Positions 62,701-64,000 of a stretch of 64,000 bases of DNA are shown piece by piece (positions within the stretch are counted from its first letter, which is position 1; the number at the start of each line of letters is the position of its first letter). Made by a program: the position numbers and the translations under genes. Under the pieces are notes generated by a model. The model worked only from the letters and a program-made list of their open reading frames with translations. It did no database searches and was not told the DNA's origin. Location of the stretch: IMG/VR virus record IMGVR_UViG_3300029286_000009, positions 62,001 through 126,000 of that record. The stretch is one strand, 5' to 3'.

Positions 62701-63546
62701 GCTCCGCCCTCCTCAGGCTGGCCGGGACCGCGGGGAAAACAGAAACCAAATTTTTTGTTTTGCTGGCGACAATTGGAGTTGGCCACCAGCAGTTTGAAAG
62801 GAGACGAAAGAGATAAGTCAAGAACTGGAAGAGGTTTGTGAGACAACCCTCATGTATGTGCTATCTTGATTATCCCGAATATTCATTAAATATACCTTAT
62901 TGGGGTAGTGGGACTACCAATAAAGGCATATTAGAAAGGGTACATGCGTAATTAACTTAGGTAGGGGCCTCTACATAAGAGACTCCTACTCTTTCGGAAC
63001 GTCTTTTTCTAGGATGATTAGTTACTGCATAAACTGAAGATTGACAGTCATCTGGGGTTCTTCTCCATTGTGTTTTTTAGCTTCCATGTCTGCTCCTTGC
63101 TGGATTCCGACTAGGAAGATTGATTGCATCGCCAAGGCCAGCGGAATATCAAGTTTAGTAGTTAACTCAAGTGCACGTCTGGCAAGATATTCTGCCCACC
63201 GCATTCCTTCTTGGTCTAGAAGGTTCTGGGCGTTTTTCCTGGTTTCAACGAAACTCTCATTCTTCAGTTTTTTTTCCAGTGTCATAATATCGTTAATTGT
63301 GAATTTTGGCACTTTACCTCCGTTCTCCGGGCGGGTTCTTTTGCAAGAGGTTTAGCCTCACCCATAGTTCTGCATGCTCTTTTTGCACTACTTCTTCAAT
63401 TTTGTCGAGCTTATAGTCAATATAGGCGGCTTCATAGCCTGCGGTTCTTCCACTAATCCTACCTATTGTAGCACCAATTGACAAGCTCAGAACGAGAATG
63501 ATTAGAACTAAGAGACTTACGTCGTTATCATTCCACATGCGACCTC

Positions 63547-64000
63547 CTACTTTTTGACTACCGGGTCGTACTTGAGCCACGTAAATTCATCCGGGTTTTC
63601 GGCATCATTCCACGAAGGATGTGACCCATTCATTTCCTTGATATCTTGCAGGTTGTCCAGCAAGCACTGTTTAAATGCAAGTATTTGACTTACCTTGGAC
63701 GCACTGGAATAGTTCCACACAGCAACAATATTGCGGGGAGCTGCAGTAATGATACCCATGGCCCCAAGCTTGGGGTAGTTGAGCTTCACGAGCTTGTAAG
63801 GCTCACCTAGTTTTTTCACGTAGCTTTCATCCAGACTGGCAAGCGTGAAAGTGTTTGGGTCAAGATCATCTATCCACTCGATAGGCCACCCAGCTGTAGC
63901 AAACACTGCTACGACTTCGCCGCTCTTTAGCATGCCCGTAGCCTCTGCGGGGGACTTCATCCTTACCAACTGCAGCCCTGCCTGAAGTCTTTCGTTCAGA
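63547..64000 (-). CDS. TAXI/periplasmic-binding-protein-like fragment (truncated by window edge)
   Basis: AEATGMLKSGEVVAVFATAGWP resembles TAXI solute receptors. Confidence 0.4.
   Translation of the reverse strand, partial: LNERLQAGLQLVRMKSPAEATGMLKSGEVVAVFATAGWPIEWIDDLDPNTFTLASLDESYVKKLGEPYKLVKLNYPKLGAMGIITAAPRNIVAVWNYSSASKVSQILAFKQCLLDNLQDIKEMNGSHPSWNDAENPDEFTWLKYDPVVKK

Noticed and set aside
26400-63400. Numerous + strand ORFs of 60-195 aa in the right-hand block, and - strand ORFs in the left block
   Set aside because: They are antisense shadows of tightly packed, RBS-bearing genes and have no recognisable motifs.

Overview
A gene-dense, roughly 40% GC segment that looks like a large tailed (probably jumbo) phage of an anaerobic host. 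No virion structural genes are visible. Two convergent blocks meet at a hairpin near 26.15 kb. The + block (1-26.1 kb) covers replication and nucleotide metabolism: PolA, class III RNR NrdD/NrdG, NAD-dependent ligase, family-4 UDG, dNMP kinase, a Rad52-like annealase and a Clp AAA+ ATPase. It also holds five DNA methyltransferase ORFs, several paired with restriction-type nucleases (HhaI/HinP1I-like, BglII/BstYI-like), homing endonucleases, and several enzyme homologs that lack their catalytic motifs. The - block (26.3-64 kb) is an accessory region of small ORFs. Its most striking feature is a family of 15 otherwise divergent small proteins sharing an N-terminal motif, usually R-x-x-[FY]-[IV]-T-N-S-S-[STG]. 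One member lies directly downstream of a ClpP and radical SAM/SPASM gene pair, suggesting an undescribed phage multi-substrate protein-modification system. The - block also encodes a WGR-PARP split by one in-frame stop, DHH, HD and calcineurin-like phosphoesterases, a deaminase, an SF2 helicase, a degenerate tRNA-Met-like element and a hairpin-rich ncRNA candidate. All family assignments are from motif recognition by eye; no searches were run.
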